From NCBI GenBank assembly GCA_963718235.1, contig CAVQYR010000001.1, forward strand, positions 2,176,001-2,240,000: 64,000 nt of DNA, given 5' to 3'. This document shows, one piece after another, positions 36,254 through 46,768 of the stretch (position 1 is the first letter of the stretch; every line of letters starts with the position of its first letter). The notes under the pieces are model-generated. The model ran no database searches, was not told the DNA's origin, and worked only from the letters and a program-made list of their open reading frames with translations. The translations under genes were made by a program, and so were the position numbers. The DNA comes from an uncultured Actinomycetota bacterium. Lineage in GTDB: Bacteria > Actinomycetota > Actinomycetes > JAHEKZ01.

Positions 36254-39040
36254 TCAGTGTGTGACCGGCTCCACTGTGGGCGACAGCTCAGCCCCCGCCC
36301 GGCTGGCCGAACCGAGCACCCGGCTGCGCTCCATGAGCCGTTCGACGTCGCGCGGCGCCATCGGTCGCGCGAACAGGTATCCCTGGCCAAGACGGCACCC
36401 CATGGCGCGCAGGCGGTGCCACTGGTCGGCGGTCTCGATCCCCTCGGCCACCGTGACCAGGCGAAGCGACTGGCCGAGCTGGACGATCGTGCGGGCGAGC
36501 TCGGCCTGGGCGTTGTCCGCGCCGACCTGGTCGATGAACGACTGGTCGATCTTCAGCACGTCGACGGGGAAGCGCGTCAGGTAGGACAACGACGAGTACC
36601 CGGTACCGAAGTCGTCGATCGCGACCCGGACGCCGAGCTGCTTGAGCCGCCGCATGAGCTTGGACGCCTCCTCGTCGTAGCTGATCAGGACCGACTCGGT
36701 CATCTCCAGGGTCAGCGCACTCGCGTTGAGCCCGGACAGGGCCAGTGCGTTGCGCACCAGGCTGGGCAGACCGGGGTTCAGCTGCTTGGCCGAGACGTTG
36801 ACGGCGACGTTGAACTCCTCGCCCTGGGGCGCGAACCCTTGCCAGGCGACCCCCTGGCGGGCCGCCTCCACCAGCGCCCACGTGCCGATGTCGTGGATCA
36901 GCCCGGTCTCCTCGGCCAGGTCGATGAACACCGCCGGCGACACCAGACCGCGGGTGGAGTGCGGCCAGCGCACGAGTGCCTCCGCGCCCACGACCACGTC
37001 GCGGGACAGGTCGATGATCGGCTGGTAGTGCATCGTCAGGTCTCCGCGCTCGACCGCCTCCCGCAGGTCGGCCTCGGCGCGCACCCGGGTGAGGAGCGCC
37101 TCGTGCATCTGCGTCTCGAAGCGCACGAAGCTGGCCACTCGCGACGACTTCGCCCGGTACATCGCCAGGTCGGCGTTGCGCAGCAGGTTGTCGGCAGTCT
37201 CGTGGCCAGCGTCGTTGACGGCGATGCCGGCGGACATGCCGACCCGGATCGGCCGACCGTCGATGACGAACTCGCTGAGCAGTGCCGACCGCACCCGCTG
37301 GGCGATCCAGACCGCTCCCGACTCCGCGCCCTCCCCCACGACCAGAACGCCGAACTCGTCGCCACCCAGTCGGGCCACGACGTCCTGCGGCCGTACGCAG
37401 CGCCCGATCCGCGACGCCACATGACCGAGCAGGATGTCGCCGGTGGCGTGACCTTCAGTGTCGTTGACCGCCTTGAACCCGTCGAGGTCCAAGAAGACCA
37501 CGGCCACGGACCCGACACCGGAGCCGTGCGGCTCGGTGGCGGCCTCCTCCAGCGCCGACTCGACCCGCTGGCGGAACATCGCGCGGTTCGCCAGACCGGT
37601 GAGTGAGTCGGAGTAGGCCTGGTTGGTCAGCTGCTGCTCCAGACGCCGTCGCTCGCTCACGTCACGCGTGGTGAGAACCAGCCCTCGGATGTCGGGATCG
37701 TCGATGAGCGAGGTCACGTACGTCTCGGTCTCGACCCAGTGACCGTCGCTGTGCAGGATCGGGAACCCCACGACGAGCGTGGAGTGGGGGTCTGCCAGCG
37801 CCTCGGCCAGCCGCCGCTCCAGCCGGCGGGCGTCGGTCGGGGGCAGCAGGTCCATGAAGCTCGTCCCCGCCAGTGCCTCCGGGTCGTGCCCGAGGATCGA
37901 GGTGACCGACGGCGTCACGTAGCGGACCACACCCATGGCGGTCATCACCGTGACCACGTCGGAGGAGTTCTGGACCAGCGCGCGGAACCACTTCTCGCGG
38001 GTGCCCAGGGCCAGCGTCCGCTCGAGCACCCGGCTCTCGAGGGTCCTGGTCACGAGGAGCGCGTCGACGCGGGTCGCCGCCGCCGAGACGAGCAGGAAGA
38101 ACAGGGTCAGGACGGCTGCGACCACCGAGCCCGCGGCCAGCCACGACCCCCTGACCAGGGCGACCGACACCACGACCGCGGCGACGGCTGGCGCAACCAG
38201 AGGGACCAGGACGGCGGTGTACTCCCGGGGTCCGAGCGCCCCGTGACCCTCCGGGGCCAGCCCGCGGTTCCTGGCACCCACGGCGACCAGGACCCAGGCG
38301 ATCGCCGCCAACGAGAGTGAGGACGCGGCGACGACCTCGGCCGGCGCCGCGGCAGCGAGCACGGTGAGGGTCTCACTCACCGCGGCCAGCCCGAGTCCGA
38401 CGCACAGGGGGACCAACGAGCGCATGGGCAGACCGCCCGGGGTCCGGGTCCGGCTGACGACGTACACCAGCACCGTCCCCAGGCCGACGATCCAGGCCAT
38501 GTCGAAGAACCCGTCACGGACCTCCCACGGGACGACGCTCGCCAGGTCCTCGGGCAGCAGGAACTGCCGGGTGATCACCACGAAGGAGCAGCCGGCCGCC
38601 GCGGTGTCGACCAGGGTCTCCCAGGTCCGGCGACGGCTCTGCCTCCCGTGGGGCAGCAGCAGGAGCCCGGCCACGATCAGCGGCGCCTGAACCAGGTGGC
38701 GCAGCTCGTGCAGCGGCTCGACCGCGCTGCCCGGCTCGGCCACCGCGAAGTGGCCCGCGGCCAAGGACCACAGCGCCCACCCGCCCGCGGCGACGTCAAC
38801 AGAGAGGCCTGCGGCCAGGAGGGCCCACGGAAGTGGCTGGGTGGTGCGGGTCTCCATGGCTCGTCGGCCCAGGCTCACGACGGCGAGGACCAACAGGCCG
38901 GTGCTCACGCCTCCGGCCAGGAACCACCCCCAGGGGTGCCCGCCGACGGTGGCGAGCAGCGTGCCGGCGGCGACCGCGAGCACGGCGAGCAGGAGCACCA
39001 GCTGCTCCGTGCGCAGTCGACCCCCCAAGAAGCTCCCCAT
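36254..39040 (-). CDS. Membrane PAS-GGDEF-EAL diguanylate cyclase/phosphodiesterase
   Basis: Multi-TM N-terminus; PAS; RPQD I-site, GGDEF; EALVRW; DDFGTGYSS. Confidence 0.93.
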   Translation of the reverse strand: MGSFLGGRLRTEQLVLLLAVLAVAAGTLLATVGGHPWGWFLAGGVSTGLLVLAVVSLGRRAMETRTTQPLPWALLAAGLSVDVAAGGWALWSLAAGHFAVAEPGSAVEPLHELRHLVQAPLIVAGLLLLPHGRQSRRRTWETLVDTAAAGCSFVVITRQFLLPEDLASVVPWEVRDGFFDMAWIVGLGTVLVYVVSRTRTPGGLPMRSLVPLCVGLGLAAVSETLTVLAAAAPAEVVAASSLSLAAIAWVLVAVGARNRGLAPEGHGALGPREYTAVLVPLVAPAVAAVVVSVALVRGSWLAAGSVVAAVLTLFFLLVSAAATRVDALLVTRTLESRVLERTLALGTREKWFRALVQNSSDVVTVMTAMGVVRYVTPSVTSILGHDPEALAGTSFMDLLPPTDARRLERRLAEALADPHSTLVVGFPILHSDGHWVETETYVTSLIDDPDIRGLVLTTRDVSERRRLEQQLTNQAYSDSLTGLANRAMFRQRVESALEEAATEPHGSGVGSVAVVFLDLDGFKAVNDTEGHATGDILLGHVASRIGRCVRPQDVVARLGGDEFGVLVVGEGAESGAVWIAQRVRSALLSEFVIDGRPIRVGMSAGIAVNDAGHETADNLLRNADLAMYRAKSSRVASFVRFETQMHEALLTRVRAEADLREAVERGDLTMHYQPIIDLSRDVVVGAEALVRWPHSTRGLVSPAVFIDLAEETGLIHDIGTWALVEAARQGVAWQGFAPQGEEFNVAVNVSAKQLNPGLPSLVRNALALSGLNASALTLEMTESVLISYDEEASKLMRRLKQLGVRVAIDDFGTGYSSLSYLTRFPVDVLKIDQSFIDQVGADNAQAELARTIVQLGQSLRLVTVAEGIETADQWHRLRAMGCRLGQGYLFARPMAPRDVERLMERSRVLGSASRAGAELSPTVEPVTH

Positions 39041-39199
39041 AGCGGGGATGTCGGCCCTGGCGGGGCACAGGTGGAGAGACAAGGCTGCCTTCGGACGCCG
39101 AGACCCGGCTCCTTCACCCGTTCGGCCCAATGACCGCCCAGCCGCACGGACCAGCCGGACGGCCGCTCGTGAGCGTCGGTGGACGCCGCCCGAGCGGGC

Positions 39200-40873
39200 T
39201 CAGAACCTGCGGTGCACGGTGCGTCCCCCGACCACCGTCAGGTCGACGGTCGTGGCCAGGAGCTGTTCGGCCGGGGCGCTGATGACGTCCTCGGACAGGG
39301 CCACGAAGTCGGCCTGACGCCCGACGGCAAGGGTCCCCCGCTCCTGCTCGGCGAAGTTCGCCCACGCGCCCCGCGCGGTGTAGCCCGCCAGCGCCGTCTG
39401 CAGGTCGACCCGCTGGTGGGTAGTCCACGGGTGGCGGCCGTCCAGCGACGACCGGGTCACAGCGGCGTACAGACCGACCATCGGGTCCATCTCCGCGACG
39501 TTCCAGTCGCTGGACAGCGCAGTCACCGCGCCGTGGTCGATCAGGTCACGCAGCGGGAACGCGTAGGCCCATCTCTCCTCCCCGACGTCGGCCGCCCACT
39601 CCGCGCAGATGTCCCAGGTGGCATGTCGCGGCTGCATGCAGGCGACGACGCCGAGCTCAGCGAACCGTGGCTGGTCGAGCGGGTGCACCAGCTCGGCATG
39701 GACGATCTGGTGCCGGGAGTCGCGGGGGCCGTTCGTGCGGCGGGCGTGCTCGAACGCGTCGAGGACGATCCGTGCGCCTCGGTCACCCGTGGCGTGCACG
39801 AGGCACTGGAACCCCCGGGCGTCCAGGCGCGCGATCAGGTCGCCGAAGGACTCCGGCTCCCAGTAGGTCCGGCCCCGCGTGCTGCGGTCGGTGGCGTACG
39901 GATCGAGCAACGACGCCGTGTGCGCCTCGACGATGTCGTCGATGTACAGCTTCACCGGACCGGCGCGCAGCCAGCCGTCGTCGAGGCGCCGACGGGCGTC
40001 GTCGAAGGCGTCCCACAGCTCGTCGGCATCGTCGTCCGGGGTCGCCGGAGGGTGGAACAGCGCGGCAACCACCCGAGCGGTCAGCTCGCCGTCGTCGCGG
40101 ATCTGCTCGAACAGGGCGAGGTCGTCCAGGGAGTTCTGCGGCTCGACGACGGTGGTGATGCCGTAGCGCGCCGCCATGGCCAGCGCGTCGGACACTCGAC
40201 GGCGTTGGGCCTGGTCGGAGAAGGCCGGCACCTGCATCTTGAGTGCGGCCGCCCCGGCCCGGGACAGCCCGCGCGTGGCGAAGTCGGTGATCCAGCCCGT
40301 GGGCTGGCCCGACGCCTCGTCGTGCACCACGGTCCCGAACGGCACGACCTCGGTCGAGGCGGTGATCCCGAAGCGTTGGAGCGCCACGTCGTTCAGCCAG
40401 GCGGAGTGGACCGAGTAGTCGAGCAGCATCACCGGCCGGCCACCGCCGATCCCGGCCAGGTCCTCCGCCCGCGGCTCGGAGCCCGGGACCGCGCCATGGT
40501 CGAAGCCCTCCCCGTACACCCACTCGGCGTCGGGGTGCTCCAGCAGCCAGGCGGCAGCCCGGTCGCGAATCGCGGCGACGTCGGCCGCACCGGCGAGCTG
40601 CACCGCTTCGGACCCTGACCCCAAGCGCGCGTGGAGGTGACTGTCGACGAACCCCGGAAGGACACGACGCCCACCCAGGTCGATGACCTCGACACCGCTC
40701 GATGCGTACTGGTCGACGTCGGAGTCCGGCCCCAGCCAGACGATCCTGCCGTCGCGCACGAGCATCGACTCGGCCTGCGGGTGTTCGGGGTCGCCGGTCC
40801 AGATCCGGCCGCGACGGGCGATCAGGTCCACGGGCACTCCTCGAGTCGGACATGGCACGCACAGCACGTGCAC
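39200..40873 (-). CDS. Amidohydrolase family 3 (YtcJ-like)
   Basis: PGFVDSHLH, HSAWLN, VHATGD, HAE, SSDW and GRQADFV. Start may be nearer 40837. Confidence 0.9.
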   Translation of the reverse strand: MHVLCVPCPTRGVPVDLIARRGRIWTGDPEHPQAESMLVRDGRIVWLGPDSDVDQYASSGVEVIDLGGRRVLPGFVDSHLHARLGSGSEAVQLAGAADVAAIRDRAAAWLLEHPDAEWVYGEGFDHGAVPGSEPRAEDLAGIGGGRPVMLLDYSVHSAWLNDVALQRFGITASTEVVPFGTVVHDEASGQPTGWITDFATRGLSRAGAAALKMQVPAFSDQAQRRRVSDALAMAARYGITTVVEPQNSLDDLALFEQIRDDGELTARVVAALFHPPATPDDDADELWDAFDDARRRLDDGWLRAGPVKLYIDDIVEAHTASLLDPYATDRSTRGRTYWEPESFGDLIARLDARGFQCLVHATGDRGARIVLDAFEHARRTNGPRDSRHQIVHAELVHPLDQPRFAELGVVACMQPRHATWDICAEWAADVGEERWAYAFPLRDLIDHGAVTALSSDWNVAEMDPMVGLYAAVTRSSLDGRHPWTTHQRVDLQTALAGYTARGAWANFAEQERGTLAVGRQADFVALSEDVISAPAEQLLATTVDLTVVGGRTVHRRF

Positions 40874-40880
40874 AGAACGG

Positions 40881-42323
40881 TCAGACGCCGGGACTGGCCT
40901 CCGCGGCCGCAGCCAGCCCGGCCGCGAGGTCGCGCTCGACCCGGGCGACCAGCCGGGTGCCCTCGACCAGGTGCTCCTCGGTCAGGACCTGACCCTCTTG
41001 GTGGGCCCGAGCGATCAGGTCACCTCGGGTGTAGGGCACGACGACGTCGACGGCGATCGCGGGCACCGGCAGCGCGCTCTCGATGGCCGCCGCCAGACCC
41101 TCGATGCCGACCCCTGTGCGGGCGGACACGACGACGGCTCCCGGCTCCCGGCGCAGCAACCGGGTCACCGCGAGGTCGTCGGCGACATCGGCCTTGTTGA
41201 GCACGACCAGCTCGGGTACCGCGCCCGCCCCGATCTCGACGAGCACCTCGCGCACCGCGGCGATCTGGCCCTCCGGATCGGCGTCGGAGGCGTCGACCAC
41301 GTGCACCACGAGGTCGGCGTCGCTGACCTCCTCCAACGTCGATCGGAACGCCTCGACGAGCTGGTGCGGCAGGTGCCGGACGAACCCCACGGTGTCGGCC
41401 AGGGTGTACACGCGGCCGTCGGAGGACTTCGCGTGGCGGACGGTGGGGTCGAGGGTGGCGAACAGCGCGTCCTCGACGAGCACGCCCGCGCCGGTGAGCC
41501 GGTTGAGCAGGCTCGACTTCCCGGCGTTGGTGTAGCCGGCGATCGCGACGGCGGGCACCTGGTGGCGCCTGCGGTCCTTGCGCTGCGTCTCGCGGGCGGT
41601 GGCCATGTGGCGGATCTCCCGCCGCAGCTTGGCCACCTGTGCCCGGATCCGGCGTCGGTCGGTCTCGATCTTGGTCTCGCCGGGACCACGGGTGCCGACG
41701 CCGCCGGTCGCGCCTCCGGCTCGGCCACCGGCCTGTCGGGACAGTGACTCGCCCCAGCCGCGCAGGCGTGGCAGCAGGTACTGCATCTGGGCCAGGGACA
41801 CCTGAGCCTTGCCCTCACGGCTCTTGGCGTGCTGGGCGAAGATGTCCAGGATCAGCCAGGTGCGGTCGACGACCTTCACCTTGACGACGTCCTCGAGCTG
41901 GCGCAGCTGACCCGGTGTGAGCTCGCCGTCGCAGATCACCGTGTCGGCGCCGCTGCTCACCACGAGGTCGCGCAGCTCGCGTGCCTTGCCCGACCCGATG
42001 TACGTGGCCGGGTCGGGCTTGTCGCGTCGCTGGACGATGCCCTCGAGGACGACGGAGCCTGCGGTCTCGGCCAGGGCAGCGAGCTCACGCAGCGAGTTGT
42101 CGGCGTCGACGGCGGTGCCCTCGGTCCACACGCCGACGAGCACGACCCGCTCCAGGCGCACCTGCCGGTACTCGACCTCGGTGACGTCCTGCAGCTCGGT
42201 CGACAGGCCGGCGACCCGGCGAAGGGCGCTGCGGTCGGAGAGGTCCTGGGTTCCTGTAGTCATCACGTCCAGGGTCGCACGGTCGTGCAACCGGAAATCA
42301 CCGGAATCCGTTGGCTGGGTCAA
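40881..42323 (-). CDS. hflX: GTPase HflX
   Basis: ILDIFAQHA, GPGETKIE, GYTNAGKS, DTVG, NKAD. Confidence 0.97.
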   Translation of the reverse strand: MTQPTDSGDFRLHDRATLDVMTTGTQDLSDRSALRRVAGLSTELQDVTEVEYRQVRLERVVLVGVWTEGTAVDADNSLRELAALAETAGSVVLEGIVQRRDKPDPATYIGSGKARELRDLVVSSGADTVICDGELTPGQLRQLEDVVKVKVVDRTWLILDIFAQHAKSREGKAQVSLAQMQYLLPRLRGWGESLSRQAGGRAGGATGGVGTRGPGETKIETDRRRIRAQVAKLRREIRHMATARETQRKDRRRHQVPAVAIAGYTNAGKSSLLNRLTGAGVLVEDALFATLDPTVRHAKSSDGRVYTLADTVGFVRHLPHQLVEAFRSTLEEVSDADLVVHVVDASDADPEGQIAAVREVLVEIGAGAVPELVVLNKADVADDLAVTRLLRREPGAVVVSARTGVGIEGLAAAIESALPVPAIAVDVVVPYTRGDLIARAHQEGQVLTEEHLVEGTRLVARVERDLAAGLAAAAEASPGV

Positions 42324-43096
42324 GCCCGCTCCCCGAAGGCGTGCTCGAGGGCGGTGGCCAGGAGGGTCAGCAGCTCGGCCCGTTCGGCGTCGTCCAGCCC
42401 CTCGTAGGCCGGCGCGACGAGGTCGTCGGTGAGCTCCTCGGCCGCCCGACGCGCGGCGCGGTCGGAGTCGGTCACCGTCGGGAAGGGGGGCTGCCAGCCG
42501 TAGTCCTGCGCGTTGGCCGCTCCCCCTTCGCCGGCCAGGATCGCGACGAGCGGCGGGACGCCGGTGGCCACCAGGGCCACGCCGTGCGCGGCCCCGCGGT
42601 GCTCACGCATCACCTGCATGAGGTGAGCGCAGCGGGCAGGGTCGTCGTCGGGCCGAGGGACCGCCCGCCAGCCGGCGAACAGCGGCAGGCCGATCACGTC
42701 GGCGGAGTCGACGACCTGGGTCGCGAGCTGCGCCAGCCGCCCGGCCCCGTCGAACCCCGCGAGGTGCTCGCGGCCCCAGGCATGGCACAGGTCCAGGTAG
42801 TGGCGCAGAGCCGTCTGCGGGGTCATCACCTGGCGCGCAGCCTCCCACTGGCTGCGGACGACGTCGGCGGGGAACACGACCGCCGCCGCGGTGACGACGT
42901 CGGGGTCGACGTCTCCCAGCACACCGTGCCGGGCCAGGAAGTACAGCTGCCACCCCTCGAGTCCTGCGTCAGCTGTCGCCTGCTCCTCGGCGTCACCGGT
43001 CATCCAGGCCCCGCCGAGGCTCCCGACCGGACCCTTGGCCGCGACCGCGGTGGCCCGAGCTGATCGGGCGGCTACCCGCACGTCGTCGGACGTCAC
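42320..43096 (-). CDS. Conserved actinobacterial protein (SCO6745-like)
   Basis: YFLARHGVLG, PLFAGWRA and REHRGAAH motifs; GTGA overlap with dapF. Confidence 0.75.
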   Translation of the reverse strand: MTSDDVRVAARSARATAVAAKGPVGSLGGAWMTGDAEEQATADAGLEGWQLYFLARHGVLGDVDPDVVTAAAVVFPADVVRSQWEAARQVMTPQTALRHYLDLCHAWGREHLAGFDGAGRLAQLATQVVDSADVIGLPLFAGWRAVPRPDDDPARCAHLMQVMREHRGAAHGVALVATGVPPLVAILAGEGGAANAQDYGWQPPFPTVTDSDRAARRAAEELTDDLVAPAYEGLDDAERAELLTLLATALEHAFGERA

Positions 43097-43965
43097 TGCT
43101 CCTCCCACCAGCTCGCCGACACCACGCCACTGGCCACGAGCTCGGCCGGACCGGACAGGAGGAGGTGCCCGTCGTCTCGTTCGCTCACCCGAAGCCGCCC
43201 ACCGGGCACATCGACGGTCCACGTCGTGGCGGCCTCACCGCCGGGGCGCCGCTTGGCGGCCCAGGCGACGGCGCACGCACCCGTCCCGCAGGAACGCGTC
43301 TCACCGACCCCGCGCTCGTGCACGCGCATCGCCACGTGCCCCGGAGCGCCCGCACTGACGAACTCCACGTTCACCCCGTCGGGAAAGACCCCTGCCGGGG
43401 TGACGGTGGGTGCGACGAGCAGGTCGCCGACGGTATCGAGCGACTCGACGAAGACCACAGCGTGCGGGTTGGGCACGAGCACTCCGACGGCCGGCCACGA
43501 GCACGACCCCACCGCGACCTCAGGTGCGGTGCGGTCGTCAGGAGGAGTCGCAGCGCCCATGTCGACCTGGAGGTCGCCAGGACGGGCACCCTCGGTCTCG
43601 TCGACGGTCACGGTCCGCGGCCCGCCCCTGGTCGCGACCGTCACGGTCGGGCCGTGGGCCAGCCCTCGGTCGAGCAGGTAGCGGACGAAGACCCGCACGC
43701 CGTTTCCACACATCTCCGCAGTGCTGCCGTCAGCGTTGCGGTGGTCCATGAACCACGCTGCGGTGTCCGCCTGGGCAGCCACCTCGGCCTGGGTGGAGGT
43801 GAGCACCACGCGCAGGACCCCGTCGGCGCCCAGCCCGACCCGGCGGTCGCACAGCGCCCGGACCCTCGCGGGGGTCAGGGTGAGCCGGTCGTCGACGTCG
43901 GGCAGCACGATGAAGTCGTTCTCGGTGCCGTGTCCCTTGACGAACGGCACGCCGTCGACGTCCAT
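43093..43965 (-). CDS. dapF: Diaminopimelate epimerase
   Basis: KGHGTENDF, EMCGNG, NPH, ERGVGETRSCGTG. Confidence 0.97.
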   Translation of the reverse strand: MDVDGVPFVKGHGTENDFIVLPDVDDRLTLTPARVRALCDRRVGLGADGVLRVVLTSTQAEVAAQADTAAWFMDHRNADGSTAEMCGNGVRVFVRYLLDRGLAHGPTVTVATRGGPRTVTVDETEGARPGDLQVDMGAATPPDDRTAPEVAVGSCSWPAVGVLVPNPHAVVFVESLDTVGDLLVAPTVTPAGVFPDGVNVEFVSAGAPGHVAMRVHERGVGETRSCGTGACAVAWAAKRRPGGEAATTWTVDVPGGRLRVSERDDGHLLLSGPAELVASGVVSASWWEEQ

Positions 43966-44025
43966 GCCCGTGAGCCTACGGGTCCGACCGGTCCGGCCCG
44001 AGGCGGTGCCGGCCGGCTCGGGGCC

Positions 44026-44934
44026 CTACCTCACCGTGACGGTCACCGACCGGCTCGACGACCCTGCGTAGTAGCCGACGGACTTGTCGGCGGCCAGGAC
44101 GACCCGGTACGACGTCGTCGTCCGGGGCTTCACCTTGGTGCCGGCGGTTCCGGACGAGCCTGTGGTCAGTCGGGCGGCCGTGCGCCACTTGCCGGAGCCG
44201 GACTTCGACTGCAGCACGACCTTCTCACCGGAGAGGTCGTCCCACACCCCCATACCTGCGACGTCGACCATCACCTTCAATGTCACCTTGGCGCCGGCCC
44301 GGACCGAGGTGTCACTGGCACTGGCGACGGTCCGCGTCTCGCGCAGGATGAGCACCGACCCGCTCGGCTCGCGCCAGGCGGGCGCGCTGCGGTCGACCTC
44401 GGACCCCAGCCACTTGTGGTCCTGGTCCAGGACGAAGAACTCGTAGCGGTCGTAGACCTGAGCCAGCGGGAAGGTCCAGACTCCCGCGTCGTCGGCCTGC
44501 GCGTTCAGCCCCGTCGCGACGGCGTAGACGTCGAAGTACATGCCGTCATCGACATCAGGGACGAGCGGGAGCGGCCCCGGGCTGAGCACACCGTCGTGCA
44601 CTGCGAACACGCTGGCCCCAGCAACGCCGGAGCAGGAGTCCTTCATCCGAGCCTGGAAGCGGAACGCCGCGCCGTCCTTGCCGACGACCATCGTCGTCTT
44701 GCCCTTGCCGAACGTGACCGGACCCATGCTCGGCAGGGTCTCGTCGGTGTACCCCAGCGCGTACAGGGTGCCGCCCGGTCCCGCCTCGACGCTGTCGCAC
44801 TTGGGTGTGTACCCCGCCTCGGGCCACAGCGGTGTCACGATGGCGTGGGCCGGCGAGGTCATCACGGTGACCAGGGCAGCGGCCGCCGCGCTGACTGCGG
44901 CCGTGCGGAGACTCCTGCTACGGATCGGGCTCAT
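44026..44934 (-). CDS. Secreted hypothetical protein with C-terminal Ig-like beta domain
   Basis: Signal peptide ending AHA; C-terminal VRAGAKVTL...W...YRV...SRSVTVTVR pattern. Confidence 0.7.
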   Translation of the reverse strand: MSPIRSRSLRTAAVSAAAAALVTVMTSPAHAIVTPLWPEAGYTPKCDSVEAGPGGTLYALGYTDETLPSMGPVTFGKGKTTMVVGKDGAAFRFQARMKDSCSGVAGASVFAVHDGVLSPGPLPLVPDVDDGMYFDVYAVATGLNAQADDAGVWTFPLAQVYDRYEFFVLDQDHKWLGSEVDRSAPAWREPSGSVLILRETRTVASASDTSVRAGAKVTLKVMVDVAGMGVWDDLSGEKVVLQSKSGSGKWRTAARLTTGSSGTAGTKVKPRTTTSYRVVLAADKSVGYYAGSSSRSVTVTVR

Positions 44935-45034
44935 CGGGACCTCGCTCGCGAGTGGACACCGGATCGTCGTCATCGTCCACCCATCAGGCGCAACAGGGGA
45001 CCGGGACACGCCGACGCCGGTCGCGCGCGGTTGG

Positions 45035-45964
45035 TCAGCGGGGGTAGGTGCGGACAAGCACGGAACACTGCGCGACGAGGTCCGGCGCGTCGTAGGGCAG
45101 CCAACGGATCCGGGGATCGCGCCGGAACCAGGAGTCCTGCTTGCGGGCGAACCGACGGGTGGCGCGTACGGTCAGCTCTCGTGCTTCGTCCTCGCTGAGC
45201 TCGCCGTCGAGGTGGCGGAGCACCTGCGCGTAGCCGAGGGCGCGACTGGCGGTGCGGCCGGCTCGCAGCCCTTGCTGCTCCAGCTCACTGACTTCGGCCA
45301 CCAGGCCGGCATCCCACATCCGGGTGACTCGTTCCTCGATTCGCCGGTCGAGCTGTTCGCGGGGTACGTCGAGTCCGAGCAGGACGGCGGAAGTCCCGGC
45401 CGGGTTCGCGTCGTCACCGTGAGCGGGCAGTCGGGCGGTGTAGGAGCCGCGCAGCTGCACGACCTCCAGTGCGCGCACGATGCGGCGACCGTTCGTCGGG
45501 AGGATGTGCGCGGCAGCATCGGGGTCCAGCGCCGCCAACCGCGCATGCAGCTCCGGCGCGCCGACCAGGGTGAGCTGCTGCTCGAGCTCGGCCCGCACGG
45601 TCGGGTCCGTGCCGGGGAAGTCCCACCGGTCGACGACGGCGTGCACGTACAGCCCCGAACCTCCGACCAGCAGGGGAACCCGTCCGCATGCGCGGACCTG
45701 CTGCACCGCGTGCACGGCCAGCTCCTGGAACTCGGCCACGGTGGCGGTACGGGTCACCGGCCAGATGTCGAGCAGGTGGTGCGGAACCCCCTGTCGCTGC
45801 TCGACCGACAGTTTCGCCGTCCCGATGTCCATGCCGCGGTACAGCTGCATCGAGTCGGCGTTGACGACCTCGCCGTCCAGCAGCGACCCGAGCGCGACCG
45901 CCAGGTCGGACTTGCCGGACGCCGTCGGTCCCACGACGGCGACGAGCGGCTGGGGATCGGTCAC
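45035..45964 (-). CDS. miaA: tRNA dimethylallyltransferase
   Basis: GPTASGKS, DSMQLYRGMDIGTAK, VGGSGLY, RRIVRALEV. Confidence 0.97.
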   Translation of the reverse strand: MTDPQPLVAVVGPTASGKSDLAVALGSLLDGEVVNADSMQLYRGMDIGTAKLSVEQRQGVPHHLLDIWPVTRTATVAEFQELAVHAVQQVRACGRVPLLVGGSGLYVHAVVDRWDFPGTDPTVRAELEQQLTLVGAPELHARLAALDPDAAAHILPTNGRRIVRALEVVQLRGSYTARLPAHGDDANPAGTSAVLLGLDVPREQLDRRIEERVTRMWDAGLVAEVSELEQQGLRAGRTASRALGYAQVLRHLDGELSEDEARELTVRATRRFARKQDSWFRRDPRIRWLPYDAPDLVAQCSVLVRTYPR

Positions 45965-46716
45965 TGGGTGCTCCACGACGCCACCAGGTAGCCGACGCCG
46001 TACGGCCCCTCGTCGGCCCGTAGCTCCCCGCGCAGCCCACGGGGCAACGCCGAGCGGTCCCCGGAGGAGGCGCTCGGACCGGCCGCGCCCGCGGCCACCT
46101 GCCAGGGCACGCGGCCGGAGACCATGAGGTCCCTGGCCCTCGCCGGGTCCAGCCCCAGCAGGGCTTGCGTGTCGACGGTCGCCAGTGCATCGCGGACGAG
46201 AGCGTGCATCGCTGGTGCATCCGGGTCGAAGCCACCGGGGGCCCGCGGGGCGAGCCGGGCCGAGCTCTCGCCCAGCACGAGCATCGCGACCCGGTCGGCC
46301 CGCACCGACCACCGCTGCCCGTCCCTGGATGCCGCATCGGCCTCCAGGTCGTCGGGAACGCTCACCGCCGCCACTGGCGCTGACCAGCCGGAGCGAGCCA
46401 GCAGCCAGGCCCCGACCGTGAGTGAAACCGGCATCGGGGTCGGCGAGACCAGGCCACTCGAGACGAGGGGACTGACCGAACCGAGGGTCACGGTCAGGTC
46501 GACACCGAACCCGGTCAGCGAGCCGCTGCTCCCCGACGGGTACTCACCCTGAGGTCCGTCGCCGACCAGCACGAGCAGGTCCGGGTCGCTGGCGCCGAGC
46601 GCGTCGATCGCCGCGAGCGCGGCCGAGCGCACGTCGTCGAGCTCTGCCGCCGCGCCACTGGCGACGTCCGGCACGAGAACCGGCGGTGCCGGGCAGAACG
46701 CGGCGGCGACGAGCAC
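45961..46716 (-). CDS. Extradiol dioxygenase subunit B-like conserved protein
   Basis: AAAFCPAPPVLVP...PYGVGYLVASW; usual position upstream of miaA in actinobacteria. Confidence 0.75.
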   Translation of the reverse strand: MLVAAAFCPAPPVLVPDVASGAAAELDDVRSAALAAIDALGASDPDLLVLVGDGPQGEYPSGSSGSLTGFGVDLTVTLGSVSPLVSSGLVSPTPMPVSLTVGAWLLARSGWSAPVAAVSVPDDLEADAASRDGQRWSVRADRVAMLVLGESSARLAPRAPGGFDPDAPAMHALVRDALATVDTQALLGLDPARARDLMVSGRVPWQVAAGAAGPSASSGDRSALPRGLRGELRADEGPYGVGYLVASWSTQ

Positions 46717-46768
46717 CGGGCCAACGTAGTCGGGGCGGGGCGGCAGCACGATTCACACCCGCTCAGGC